Assembly: GCF_018977255.1 (NCBI RefSeq)
Contig: NW_024704742.1
Location: forward strand, 117,306,001 to 117,370,000
Direction: 5' to 3'
Length of the DNA stretch: 64,000 nt
Origin: Callorhinchus milii
Taxonomy: Eukaryota
Below are positions 52,245 through 64,000 of the stretch, one piece after another. The translations under genes were made by a program, and so were the position numbers. Below the pieces are notes generated by a model. The model saw only the letters and a program-made list of their open reading frames with translations, was not told the DNA's origin and made no database searches. Position 1 is the stretch's first letter; every line of letters begins with the position of its first letter.

Positions 52245-52460
52245 GAACATAGGAACAGAAGTAGGCCATTCAGCCTCAAGCCTGTTCCTCGATTTTATTA
52301 GATCATGGCTGATTTGTACCTCAACTCCAAATTCACGCCTTTGCCCCATATCTCTTGATACCCTGATCCAACAAAAATGTATCCACCTCAGTCTTGAAAA
52401 TTTTAATGTATCCATATCCACAGCCTTTTGGGAGGGAGAGTTCCAGGTTTCCACTACTCA
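52245..52460 (-). mobile_element. CR1 LINE 3' end
   Basis: WNSPSQKAVD-type RT C-terminus and GAATGGCCTACTTCTGTTCCTATGTT tail on minus strand. Confidence 0.75.
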
Positions 52461-53207
52461 CTACATGGCTTAACACCCAAGCTGAGGGTGGGAGCCGGAG
52501 GGGTGGGGAGGGGGGGAGGAAAAGATGACCGAAGACGCAGTTGAAGTGGAAGGTCATGAGATGGACTTTGAAAGAGGTGAGGGAAGGGGCAAATAGGAAA
52601 GACTCTTGGATGGATTCCAGAATTCCAGAGCAATTTGACTTTTAAATTCCATCATGTAATTATTGGCCAAGAATATTTAGTCTACATCCAAAACCCAGCC
52701 TAACTGTCTTCAAGTTTATTGCATTCTCAAATAGTTGTTTTTGATAAATGGTATTAAAGTTGCACTGTAAAACTTTCAATCTCTTGACATCATGTAAATT
52801 ATTTCTCAATAAGCAGCAATCTGTCAATCTGTTAATATACATGTTTTCATTCTTTACTCACTACGTTACGGAAATTCCCAGGGACTACTGTTTGGTTGTA
52901 TTTTGATAGACTCTCTAATTGCCTTCGCTATTACATACAATGCTTACATCTTACGCTAAACATCCAGTTATTTCTCTAATGTTTTTGGAAACATTGGTAC
53001 TTTTGAAACCACTGGACGTCAGTGTGTCCTGTGTATTTGTGACTAATCCATTTCCTCCAGATATCCTGAAGTCTGTGGAGTGAAGGTTCAAGATCTTTAT
53101 ACTGTATGAGCTCATATAGTTATCCCGTCACACCTTCTCATTGTATTCTTCTCTCAAACTGGTGGATTATTTAATTGATACCTTATCAACATGAGTCATG
53201 TTTGTGA

Positions 53208-53425
53208 CAAAAATAAAAGTTGCTGGGAACACTCAGCGGGTCAGACAGCATCTTTGGAGAAAGGAAAGTGAGACAACGTTTCGGGTCCGCGACCCTTCTT
53301 CAGAACTGACAGACCCGAAACATTGACACACTTTCCTGTCTCCATAGTTGCTGCCTGACTGGCTGAGTGTTCCCAGCAACTTCTGTTTTTGTTTCAGATT
53401 TCCAGCATCTGTAGTATTTTGCACT
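53208..53425. mobile_element. Palindromic Penelope-like-derived repeat with hammerhead-like core
   Basis: Inverted arms AGTTGCTGGGAACACTCAGC (53218-53237) and GCTGAGTGTTCCCAGCAACT (53362-53381); CTGAAGA..GAAAC core on minus strand. Confidence 0.7.
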
Positions 53426-54202
53426 TTGAGTTGTGTTTGTGCTGTTCTGATGAAGACAGATTCAGCACCGTGCTGGCAACCAGAGGCACAAGCCCATATT
53501 TTTATGCTGTAACACTACCCCACCAGACATCATGATCCCCTAGTAACAAAACGTGCTAGGACTTGATAGAAAGAACAGGTCTGGGAAAATCTACTGCTAA
53601 TGTGTAAAAAGGACAGAATGACAGAGAACCTCTATTAGAAAGATTGTTTTGTTCTTCATTGGCAAAAAACCTGGTCTATAGGCTGGTTTTGTATATCCAG
53701 TGGAAAGTTGAAATTGGAAGATTGATTGGATTAATCTCTGACGACCCTATTTACCAATTAGACGGCCCAGGTCAAAGGTCTACGCGCCAATAAGTTGAAA
53801 GATAATTTGTGGCTGGAGAGAGCACAGATTTCACCCCTCCCTAGGATATTACATTTTAAGCAAAAACTTAGAAGTTCAAAAGAAACCAAGAAGAAGTTGG
53901 ATTCAGATTGCTGCTGCTCTTTGGTCAGGAATATCTTTCCAGTCTACAATAAACTTGCCTTGGTTTAATAACAAGAAGAATAGATGCAATCTTGACTGAA
54001 ACAGAAAGAATCTGCTTACCCTTATGAGATATGCTGCTACCTAGTGATTGTCTTTCAGCGCCTTTGGACGTCCTCTCGCCGTGAAAGGCGCTATACAAAT
54101 GTAATCTTGTTGTTGTTGTCTATGCTAGTATAAATTAATTGGATTAAACCTTGGTATAGTTTATTAACTGTGTGACATTTGCTTGTTTCTTTCGTTTGCC
54201 AG

Positions 54203-54372
54203 GATATTGTTGCAGGATAACAACAGAATATCATCGCAAGAAGCTCTGGTTAGCAAATGAAGATCAAATTATTCGCCTGCAGGCCTGTGCAAGAGGCTAC
54301 CTTGTAAGGAAGGCTTACAGAGAGCGCTTGAGCTATCTCAATGAACAGAAACCGTCTGTCATCAGGCTGCAG
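54203..54372 (+). CDS. IQGAP2: IQGAP2 exon (IQ1), DIVAG-[frameshift]-ITTEYHRKKLWLANEDQIIRLQACARGYLVRK...IRLQ
   Basis: ttgccag| ... |gtgtgg, 170 nt between two phase-0 introns; one base appears missing near 54216. Confidence 0.9.
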
Positions 54373-54969
54373 GTGTGGCTTCAGACTTCCATTTAAGACA
54401 ATAAAGTACTGAGATGGGAATAGGAGAAAGAAGGTGTTTGACTCAGATTAGTGCTGCTCTTAGGTCAGGAATCTCTAAATGCTCTCATGTGCTGGACGTT
54501 TGGGGTTTACAAAGGTCCAATCAAATTACTCATGAAATGTGCCATGTTTTAAACAATAACTAAATTCTAAGGTGATAACATCTTGGAGAGCTTCACAGTG
54601 GCTGGCTTGGAAGCTAAGCAAGGGATATGGGGAGGGGGTGTTGATTGCAGGTGCAGTCTAAGAGAAAGGTTTCTAAGGTGGGATTTAAAGATAGAAAGAG
54701 GGCAAGATGAAGGGATGGAAACAGATAGGTCCAGAGGTTTGGAGCAAAGTTACTGAAGGCTTGGCCACCAGTGGGGGCACAGAAGGGGCAGGGAGCACGC
54801 AGCAGGCCTGTGTTAGCTGAGTGGAGGGGATGATTAGAGGAGTGAAATTGGAGCAGATCAGAGAGATAGAAAAATGTTAGTAAAATGGTTACTCTAAGTG
54901 AAAGTTTGTAACTGCGAGGGGAATAAAGAATGGATACAAGCGATCATTTGTGTGCTTTCTTTCGTTCAG

Positions 54970-55053
54970 TCTTCTTGGAAAGGATACAAACAAAGAAAAT
55001 CTTACAAGGAGAGACAAGAGTTCCTGCGAAAAAATACAGCAGCTATTGTCAAG
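54970..55053 (+). CDS. IQGAP2: IQGAP2 exon (IQ region), SSWKGYKQRKSYKERQEFLRKNTAAIVK
   Basis: gttcag| ... |gtgact, 84 nt. Confidence 0.94.
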
Positions 55054-55267
55054 GTGACTCATTCAGGATTTTGTATTTTCTTCAACTTCTTGTAAGCACG
55101 TATGCTTGTTCTCTTTCTGGAATTTAAAATGCTACATTGGATTGATATAATGAATGTGCAGACAGCCACATTGTCACTGATTCCAAGGCAAAAGTTAAGG
55201 AACTGTTTTACTCATTACATATCAGAATAATTCAAAGTGGTTTATAAAATCTGTCTATGTTTCTTAG

Positions 55268-55339
55268 ATCCAATCTTTTGTGAAGATGTGGAAAATAAGG
55301 AAAGCTTTTCGCTCACAGCTTCAGTACTACAGAGACCAT
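55268..55339 (+). CDS. IQGAP2: IQGAP2 exon (IQ), IQSFVKMWKIRKAFRSQLQYYRDH
   Basis: tcttag| ... |gtaagt, 72 nt. Confidence 0.94.
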
Positions 55340-56103
55340 GTAAGTTGCTTCCTGTCGCACAGGAGTTTTAACGTACAGTTGGCATTTTAAGCATTAGTCT
55401 GAGAAAGAGAGACAGTACCCTCAAATTTTTTATAATATTGGTGCGATCTTTAGTCTGTAGCTTAGATTTTCACTGCACAACTGAATGCCTGGAAATGTCT
55501 ATGCAAACCTGCTGTGCCCATTCTCTTCAGTGGTGCTAAGGTCTCCTGGTAATCCCTCCCCCTCCCCCCCCCCACGAGAAAGAAAATAGTTAGAATAGGA
55601 AAATATGGTATGGGTCAACGTACAACAACTGAAGCGTAGACTGGAAAATGCATTTTTTTATCTGGATTTTGAAAATACAACAGAAATATACATAGCGGGG
55701 TCTAATTTTCAGCTTGTAAAAGGATTTGCAAATATCAGATACTATAAGTACCCCGATTGATGTATCTGAAGCAGACTTTCAGGATCTCCATGTCACTTTC
55801 CACCCCTTTCTACTGTTCATTTCAGATTGGCTGTTTCTCTTTGAAGCACTGCTCTTTCTCAGTTTACATGTAATGCTGCCTCACCTGCAGCTCTTAGTGT
55901 TTACGCACCACATTCAGCAGGGGACTGTCAGAGCTGACTGCAGAGAGGAAACTCTCTTTAACTTGAAAAATTACTTTTTTTGAGCATTTTGTTTTGACAA
56001 TTAACCCTTAAAATTATACTTCTCATGAAAAGAAAACTGGTGCAATTGTAATATGGAATTACTTTCATATTTGTTATAAACAAACATTTTTCTCTCCTTG
56101 CAG

Positions 56104-56173
56104 ACAAAGGACATCATTAAAATTCAGGCTTACCTCAGAGCAAATAAAGCCAGAGAGGATTACCGCACGTTGA
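56104..56173 (+). CDS. IQGAP2: IQGAP2 exon (IQ), TKDIIKIQAYLRANKAREDYRTL
   Basis: ttgcag| ... |gtaagt, 70 nt. Confidence 0.95.
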
Positions 56174-56789
56174 GTAAGTCGTTAAACAGAGTTTGCTTAA
56201 ATCTTATTTTAATAAATCGTTTAATTGCCTGAGTTGTGCATGCACCCGAGTCCCATTCAGTTTCCCAGGTACCTACATTGTGTACTTCAATGCTGGTAAG
56301 TGCTTATGCGGCGACAGGTCAAGACTTGATTTCCCGCGCTTGTTTCAAACAGAGCACTACACATGGGTACTTCAATGCAGACAGTAAGTGTACATGCATT
56401 AATGGGTCAGAACTTAATTTCACATGGATCAATGCATCCGGTAAGTGTGGAAGCGGCGTTCTGAGTTAGGAGACAGTTTATTTTACAAAATACGACGAGT
56501 AAATGTGTTTTTGTAGCAGGAAACTGAATGGGATATGCTTGGTATCTGGGATCACAAATGGTGAATGATTTTCAAGGTACTGGAGCGTTCCTGGCATTTG
56601 TGGAACTACCCCTCAGTGTGGCTCATGTAGTGGGTGGGAGAAAATACAGGCAGTGTTTTAGGGTTGGAAGGGGGGTGATGATGGGGCAGGAAACACCAAC
56701 AATTATACATCACAGAATCGCTCCTTCAGCTTCCAGATTTCTAGACTATGTTGTGACTGATTTGCCCTGTGCCTGTTTCCTCTCTGCAG

Positions 56790-56998
56790 TCAGCTCTGAC
56801 AGTCCCCCGCTGAATGTGGTGCGGAAATTTGTTCAGCTGCTAGATCACAGTGACCTGGACTTTCAGGAAGAGCTTGAGGTCACGCGGTTAAGAGAGGAAG
56901 TTGTTACCAAAATCCGATCCAATCAGCAGCTAGAGAAGGATCTGAACCTGATGGACATTAAGATCGGGCTTCTCGTGAAAAACAGGATCACATTGGAG
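56790..56998 (+). CDS. IQGAP2: IQGAP2 exon, SDSPPLNVVRKFVQLLD...KNRITLE
   Basis: ctgcag| ... |gtatgt, 209 nt; highly conserved IQGAP peptide. Confidence 0.96.
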
Positions 56999-57599
56999 GT
57001 ATGTCTGCTCTCTTCCTACACTTCCTCCTCCTGCTTGGTTTGTAGCTTTCCTAAATAAAAGCTTCTCTGTTGACCAGCGCCCGAATCCCAACCAGTGTCA
57101 TGCTTGAATCCAATTCCCAGGGATGTTGCAACTCAAGGAGCTCTTAAATGGTGGGATGCCAGAGGGAAACTGTAATTTCCACCCCCTCCCAACCCACTTT
57201 CTGGCTCGGTGACAAGCCACTCCACTGTTAAGTGCTCCGTGACGCTACCCTCCGTGAAGGGGGTTGTGTTTTAGTGACATCCACGTTATAAAAACATGTT
57301 CTACTGGGAAATCACAATGTCCTGCCAATTTATGAGACATCAGTCTGAGATGAATTGGGTTAGAGCCAAGGTCTTCCTTGAGGAATAGGGGCTTCCCAAT
57401 AGAAAAGCAGCTCACACGGTTCTTTCGCCAGCAGTGCTTTTTGACCTACAGCCAAATTAAACCGTAGAAATTCATAGCATATAACAAGGCCATTCAGCGC
57501 ATTTACAGAGTCTCTACATTTTACATTAAACGCTTTGAGACATCTTCCTGAAAGGCGCTATATCAAACATGAGGATTATTACATTTATTTTTTATTTAT

Positions 57600-58060
57600 T
57601 TTCCCCATACCTCTGAAATTACTCTTTATCTAGTTCTCTCCTGAAAACTACTATGTTTTGATTACTGCTCCTGACAGGAGCATATCCTGACAAATCCCTG
57701 TGTTTTAAAAAAATTCCCCCTAATCTTTCTTTTCGCTCCTTTGATGTCTATTTTAAAATCATATGCTCGAGTCACTGACTGAAAATCTCCTATCAAGAAC
57801 ACTCATAATTTTAAAGATCCTTATCAGATCTTCCATCAACCTTCTCTGTTCCAGTAAAAATAGGCCCAGTCCCCCATCTCTGCTCATTGATTCATTATGG
57901 ACAATTTCCTCTGCACCCTCTCTGTGGGCCTGACATTCTTCCTAAAGTGGGTTGATAAAAATGAGCACATTATCTGCAGTCTAACAAACGATTTATATCG
58001 CTTAAACATAACCTCTTTGGGTTTATATTCTATGACCCTGTTTATAAAACCAAGGATCCC
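57600..58060 (-). mobile_element. Degenerate CR1 LINE fragment
   Basis: ILGFINRVIEYK.KEVM..YKSFVR...ERVQRK peptide. Confidence 0.75.
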
Positions 58061-58067
58061 ATGACCC

Positions 58068-58398
58068 GAGAGCACTCGCCTTGCAACTGAGAGGACCTGG
58101 GCTCAATTCCCAGGCGGGGCGAAACCGTAGGCAAGTTTCCTTACTTCACATGCCTAGCACTAAGTAGGATCCTGGTTGGTAGTCAATTAGCAGATTACTT
58201 TCTAGGAGTAATGATCCCTTTTAAAAAATAATGTTGTCTCTCATCTACGACTGGTTGTGGTACACTGCTGTGCGCAATTGGCTGCCACGTTTTGCCCACA
58301 AAATACACAGTCAATTCACTTTACAGTATATCCTGTGAAGGCACCTCAACGACATGATAAAGCATTGTATCAAATGCAAGGATTATTATTATTATTAC
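58068..58398 (+). mobile_element. tRNA-SINE long subfamily (diverged)
   Basis: Partial head, core and (ATT)n tail. Confidence 0.82.
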
Positions 58399-58753
58399 TA
58401 GCTTTTTTCACAGCTTTGTCCATCTGCCTTCCCAACTCTAAAGATTTATGTATATTAAGCAGCCACTGAGTCCACCATTAATTGTTACTCCTGTGGCACA
58501 AGGAATAACAAGTCTGTCTGTTATGGATTTTGAGGGGTTAGAGAGGAGGAAGCCCATATGTGGCTGCCAGTCCATACAAGGACATCACTGCTCTGCATAT
58601 GTTTTTTTTGCAAAAGAAACTGAAGGCAAGAGTTGCCCAGAAATATGTAATGTTCAGAATGACTTAATTAGAATACACCAGAATGATTTCTGGAGATGGT
58701 TTGCCGTAAGTTGACTCACTTACTAAACAGTTTTCAAAATGTTCTATCCACAG

Positions 58754-58903
58754 GATGTTATTTCCCACAGTAAGAAATTGAATAAGAAGAACAAGGGCCA
58801 GGGGCAGGATGTAATCTCTGGCAATAAGCAGGGACTGAAGTCCCTCAGCAAAGAGAAGAGGAAAAAACTGGAAGCGTATCAGCATCTCTTTTACCTGCTT
58901 CAG
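58754..58903 (+). CDS. IQGAP2: IQGAP2 exon, DVISHSKKLNKK...YQHLFYLLQ
   Basis: ccacag| ... |gtagca, 150 nt. Confidence 0.95.
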
Positions 58904-60187
58904 GTAGCAACAAGTGGTTTATTTCAAAGTAAAATGGTGGCCTAGTTCCAAGTGGCTAATTGTTGTTTGTGACATTGTTGCCCTGTGTCTTATTCCTCTA
59001 CATATGCCAATTTCACTGTAGATTTTGCTCTTGAAAAAACCCGCACAAGTGTTGGTTCATGCCATCTCCATACAATACAATTAACATTTATACAGCACCT
59101 TTCACATGGGCCGGACATCTCAACGCTCTTAATCTCAAGTTGTGAATATCGAAATATCACAAAGAAATGTGATGTTGGAAATCAGCTGTCAGCGATTACT
59201 GTAGCAACTCCTGATTAATACCACTGAGATATTTGGCAAAAAGGTGCACAACTGGTACAGTGAAGTACTTTGACACCAGCATCTCACCTTCCGCCTCTCA
59301 CCCATTGCTGTTTCCTGCCTGAGTTCAGAGAGTGAGCACTGAGCTTCTCATATCGGGCGTGACACTGAGGGAAGGAGACTTATTGTCCTGTGCGCTCTAA
59401 GCAATGCTCTCAAGCATTGTCTGGATACTCGAGTTCATGTTGCTTGTCACGCAGCACCCTCAATTCTAATTGGTGTCCTGAACAGATGAATAACATCTTC
59501 TCATGTAAATGATTATGAAAATGTATCCGATTTTTACCTTTTAAAAATCTACTATTGTGTGTCCTTCGGATAAGATGTTAAACCAAGGTCCTGCCTGCCT
59601 GTTCAGGTAGATGTTCCTGCATAACGTTCTGGTGAACAGATAACAACAGCAACAACTTGCATTGGTATAGTGTCTGAGTGTCGTGGCAGCTTATATTGCG
59701 GCAGAATTAAAATGCCCAGCAGTAGGTTGCAAAACCCAGTATGACAGTGCTGACTTGCGCCCCCTCCACCAGCCCCGGCAGCCTTAGGTTGTATGCAGTT
59801 TGATGTGTTAATCAAGCAAGTCGTGCCTCAGAGAAAGCACATTTATTGTGTAAACCAAATACTCAAGAGTCTTATTTTCTATGAGGAAGCCAAACTTATG
59901 ATCTTGGTGCATCTCGATCGAATACTTCATTTTTCTTGTCTGCCTATGTCAAGAGAGAGGGAATTACAGTGACACTAGAAATACATTTAGCAAAGGTGTA
60001 ACTGCTGGAGGGATTAAGGTGTCTTAGTTCTATTGCTGTTCATTTCCCAGGAATTCATACATGAATCTCATAAAGAATTTGCATTTAGTTCCGTAAACTG
60101 ATACAGTGGTGCATAAAGATGTATATACACAACCACAAAGAGCTTTGAATAATTTTACCTGCTTTTTGTTTCTTTTCTCTCTCCTAG

Positions 60188-60351
60188 ACCAATCCTACAT
60201 ATTTGGCCAAACTGATCTTTCAGATGCCTCAAAACAAATCAACTAAATTTATGGACACTGTCATTTTTACATTGTACAACTATGCCTCAAACCAGCGAGA
60301 GGAATACCTGCTGCTAAAACTCTTCAAAACTGCATTGGAGGAAGAAATCAC
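60188..60351 (+). CDS. IQGAP2: IQGAP2 exon (start of GRD region), TNPTYLAKLIFQMPQNKSTKFMD...EEEI
   Basis: tcctag| ... |gtatgt, 164 nt. Confidence 0.96.
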
Positions 60352-62357
60352 GTATGTGCTGAATTCCCTTCACTTTTCTCCTGTTCCTTCCACTTTGGTA
60401 TTCAGCCAGAAGGGCATTAATAATAATCCTTGCACTTCATATAGAGCCTTTCACAACAGGACATCACAACACTTGTAATGCTCTTGCTATTTACTTGGAT
60501 GATATATCCACAAACACATACAAAGGATTAAATCCTGGTATTCTCCAATCATTAATTAACCATGCAGTGTATTCACCCAATGACACATTGCAGATGAGTT
60601 AGCGAATAGTGATCCCAACTTCATTAATTGAGTTACTGTGCCACTCTGCCAAGGTCTGTTCTGCACATTTATTGTAATGCGCAGCAACATTTTAGTTTCT
60701 TTTCACTGACCAGTTTCACAGTCTGCAACTATAGTTTGGGATCCTTTTCTTCAGTTACCTTATTTATATTATTCATTTCATATAAACCTTAACTTTCTAA
60801 TTGTTTTAGTACAGATATTAAACTTTGAAATTCCTATACTTGAAAAGATACTGGAATCTGTATCTCTTTATAATACTGGAGGCATCTTTCTTTATAATAC
60901 TGTGAGTCAATTCAATCAAACATCTTTTTCTATTAAATATATTGCCATAATCCTGTGGCATTGAAAAGAAGTGTCCTGGCCAACAATTCCCACAGATAAA
61001 ATTGATCATTCACTTCATGGTTGTTTGTGGAACATTGTTGTGTGCAAATTGGATGTTGTGGTTACTGCATTTCACATTAAATTTTGCAAAGCACTTTGAG
61101 ATCAAATGCAAGGATTTTTATTTGTACAAGTATCTGTATTTTTTGTGGTGGGGTGGTGATCAGCTGGGTGTCTGACGCATGCTTAAACCATTACCAAACC
61201 AAACTGATAATTACATGCATTCCACTTATGCATGGAAATTCCAGAGATGGATTGTTGGAATGAAGGGGTGCATCCTGCTTACCCAATTCCAGAAAGTATT
61301 AGCACAAGTTGGCAAGAGCCAAGCCTTGAAGATGTCAGAGTGTGCATTGGGGTACTGCTGAAGTCTAACTGTCTAAAACCACATAGTTTACCATTGATAT
61401 CACTGTCTGGCAATCTTACCCGCTGGTTGTCCAGCTGGGACCACACTACCCGTTAGGACTTTGGCTTGCAGGGTTAACAGGAGCTGAGTGGGGTGAATCC
61501 CTGCGCCCAGTGACTAGTCTGCCCTACCAGGTACTGAGAATGAGCCAGGCTGGCCTGGCTGTGCTGTCATCAGCAGTGCCTTGGAATACTGCAGTCCGAC
61601 TGGCTCAGGAACCGGATTACCGAGACTACCACAGAGCTCTGGCTTGATTCCGACATTCTGTTGCCAAGCATGTCAAGCATAATGTTTGTTATTCTATTGT
61701 GTAAACTAATATTGTAAACATATTGTTGAAAAAACAAACTCTGCTGTGTTTGGGCAATAAGCATTTCTCAAATGTTTTTGTTTAATGCAGAATAACATTC
61801 AGTGTGAGATTACTCGGGATTCAAGTCCCAATTTTTATGCTAAGTATTTAAAATTGCAGCTTTCAATTAAATGTTTTTAGTTGGCATATGCGTATTACAA
61901 TGTAAAAATAAATTGTTAGTTACCCTGGTTTACATACTTATTAACATTGAATTAAAATTGCAAGAGCTTAAAAGAAAAGTTAGGTTGAAGAATATTCATT
62001 TGATCTCTACAGAATGCTGACCCATCCTCTCCCATTATAAGCATCAAGCTGTTCCTTAAAGTAGTCCTGTGTATTGGCTTCAAACAGCCTTCCTGGTAAC
62101 CCCATCCTAACTATTCTTTGCCTTTTTCTGTGAAGAAATACTTCCCTGTTTCTGTCTTAAGGTTGTCCCTCACAACTCTGAACTGTACTCTGTTTGAATC
62201 CTGTTGGTTCATTATTGCTTAATGCTAAATTACCTGCTTCTTTTATTTTTAAAGCAATTGCAGAATTTAGGGTATTGTGTTACAAAAAAAGTTAACTTTG
62301 GAATAGGTTTTGGAGAATTCCAGCTGACTTTGCTCATGTCTTGTGTTTACTTTAAAG

Positions 62358-62582
62358 GTCCAAAGTGAACCAGGTGCAAGACATTGTCACTGGAAACCCC
62401 ACAGTCATTAAAATGGTGGTCACCTTTAACCGCAGTGCACGTGGACAAAACGCACTCAGGCAATTGCTCGCTCCAGTGGTGAAGGAAATCATTGAGGATA
62501 AAAACCTTTCAATAAACACAAACCCGATTGAGGTCTACAAGAACTGGGTGAATCAGATGGAGATGCAGACTGGGGAGGCCAG
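62358..62582 (+). CDS. IQGAP2: IQGAP2 exon (RasGAP-related domain), SKVNQVQDIVTGNPTVIKMVV...QTGEA
   Basis: ttaaag| ... |gttggt, 225 nt. Confidence 0.95.
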
Positions 62583-62896
62583 GTTGGTGACCAGATCATT
62601 GGAAAGTTAGTGCTTTTTTCCAGCGGTATCACATTTGGTTTCTCAGCTGCACCAGAAATATTTTTGAGTAAAATTCATGGATCGATTGTTGTATCATCTA
62701 AAATTGCAAATAACCAAAATTAAGGGTCAGTATATATCAGTGGTTTCTATTCAAATATTTCATTTTATCCCAGTAGCATATAACCATAGAAATTGCAGCA
62801 CAGAATGAGGCTATTGGGCCCATTGTACCTTTGCTGACTTTCTGAAAGAGCTAAGCATTTAGTCCCATTCTCATGCCTTTTCTCCATACTCCTTTA

Positions 62897-63218
62897 TAAT
62901 AATAAATAATAATAATCCTTGCATTTGATACAGCGCTTTTCACGTCGGGAGGACATCCCAAAGCGCTTCACAGAACACTCTGTAAAGTAAATTGACTGTA
63001 TATTTGTGGGCGAACGCGGCAGCCAATTGCGCACAGCCATGTCCCACAAACAGTCGTAGATTGAAAATGACCAATTTTTATTATTGTTTTTGATTTTGGA
63101 GGGATTATTATTAGGCGTGTGGAGTAAGGAAACTTGCCAAGGTTTCGCCCTGCCTGGAATTGAACTCAGGTCTCTCGCTTGCAAAGCGAGTGCTCTAACC
63201 ACTGAGCTACAGGACTCC
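62897..63218 (-). mobile_element. tRNA-SINE short subfamily
   Basis: Full-length match to the other copies. Confidence 0.92.
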
Positions 63219-64000
63219 TTTTCAGATATTTACTGCAAGGGATTGATTCAGCCTCAGAAGTTAGTATTCTGGGACAGTCTGTTTTCTTCAGTTTAGTTAT
63301 CGTTTTTCTGCTTAACCACTCTGCAAGAAGGAATACAGTACTAAAACTAAAAGTAGAAGGGAAAAGATGGTACTTTGTGTTTCCTGACTTGGCCAGTCAT
63401 TGCTTAATATTAATTAATATTGTCCTGGAGGAATTTTCAATCCTCTTGAATTGATCGGTTACACGGTGTGAAATGCAGTTTCTTTCAGTGTTGCTAGATT
63501 TATAGCTCAATGCTACTTACTATTCAGTGACTTGGATTAAATATGCCCTCAAGCAGAGAAGTACTTGATAGTTGTTAGATTGTATTCGTCAGTGCTACCA
63601 GCTAGTAACAGATATGCTGCTAGTTAAATTGTGAGCCATTCTTCGAAGCCAGTAGCCCTTCAAGGTACTATTTTAGGGGTGTTAGGTGTCTTGCTCTCTT
63701 TTACCTCCGGAGCTTTGTTCAGTATTGTGCTGGAGCTTTCTTTGCAGGGCAAAAATCTAAGTAAGGTGGAGTACTTTTGTCCTTTGCATCTGTTGGCAAT
63801 AAGAAAAGGGAATTGCTGTGTCTCAAAAATGACTTCAGTAAAAGCTGAAATTGAAACAGGAACTGGTTCAATCCAAAAATAAACCAAAGACAACAGCTGC
63901 ACGTAGCCTTGAGCTAAATGTATGCCAGACACCTCCAGCTGTGGCTGCCTTTGTTGAGAAGAAAAGAAGCTTATGTGGAATTTACATAGGAAATGGGAAT

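Larger units (their letters stand above)
10040..62582 (+). other. IQGAP2: IQGAP2 gene, partial span of 23 internal coding exons (Ras GTPase-activating-like scaffold protein)
   Basis: Exons have GT-AG borders and compatible phases. Peptides such as HFRHTDNTVKWLRAMES, KFMDTVIFTLYNYASNQREEYLLLKLFKTALEEEI and QVQDIVTGNPTVIKMVV resemble IQGAP2 more than IQGAP1/3. The nested antisense F2RL2 supports IQGAP2 orthology. Confidence 0.93.

Noticed and set aside
3500..63932. Numerous short ORFs in the supplied track, and any CRISPR-like array
   Set aside because: The ORFs are chance or repeat-derived; no regularly spaced repeat-spacer array was seen.

Overview
This is vertebrate genomic DNA, most likely from a cartilaginous fish (inferred from the L2/CR1 LINEs, DeuSINE-type tRNA SINEs, LF-SINE-like relics and a Penelope-type palindromic repeat). 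The window lies inside a + strand IQGAP2 gene. I traced 23 coding exons from 10040 to 62582 with GT-AG borders, covering the C-terminal CH domain, IR repeats, WW, four IQ motifs and the start of the GRD. The start and stop codons are outside the window. A two-exon PAR3/F2RL2-type GPCR gene is nested antisense in the intron 39453-50372, the same arrangement known in mammals. Main observations: (1) the nested F2RL2 has a 1-nt frameshift plus substitutions at two hallmark residues (NRY>NWY, CHD>CHY), so it may be a pseudogene; (2) IQGAP2 has a 1-nt deletion in the IQ1 exon, probably an assembly error; (3) this IQGAP2 keeps an extra IR-repeat exon pair (IQGAP1/3-like) that, from recall, human IQGAP2 lacks; (4) there is a candidate minimal hammerhead ribozyme in a palindromic repeat; (5) inverted young SINE pairs flank exons; (6) a strong CTCF motif lies in a CpG-rich intronic patch; (7) a small hAT-type MITE is present. 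I found no convincing wholly new biological system. Comparisons to human genes and repeat consensus sequences are from memory, not database searches.
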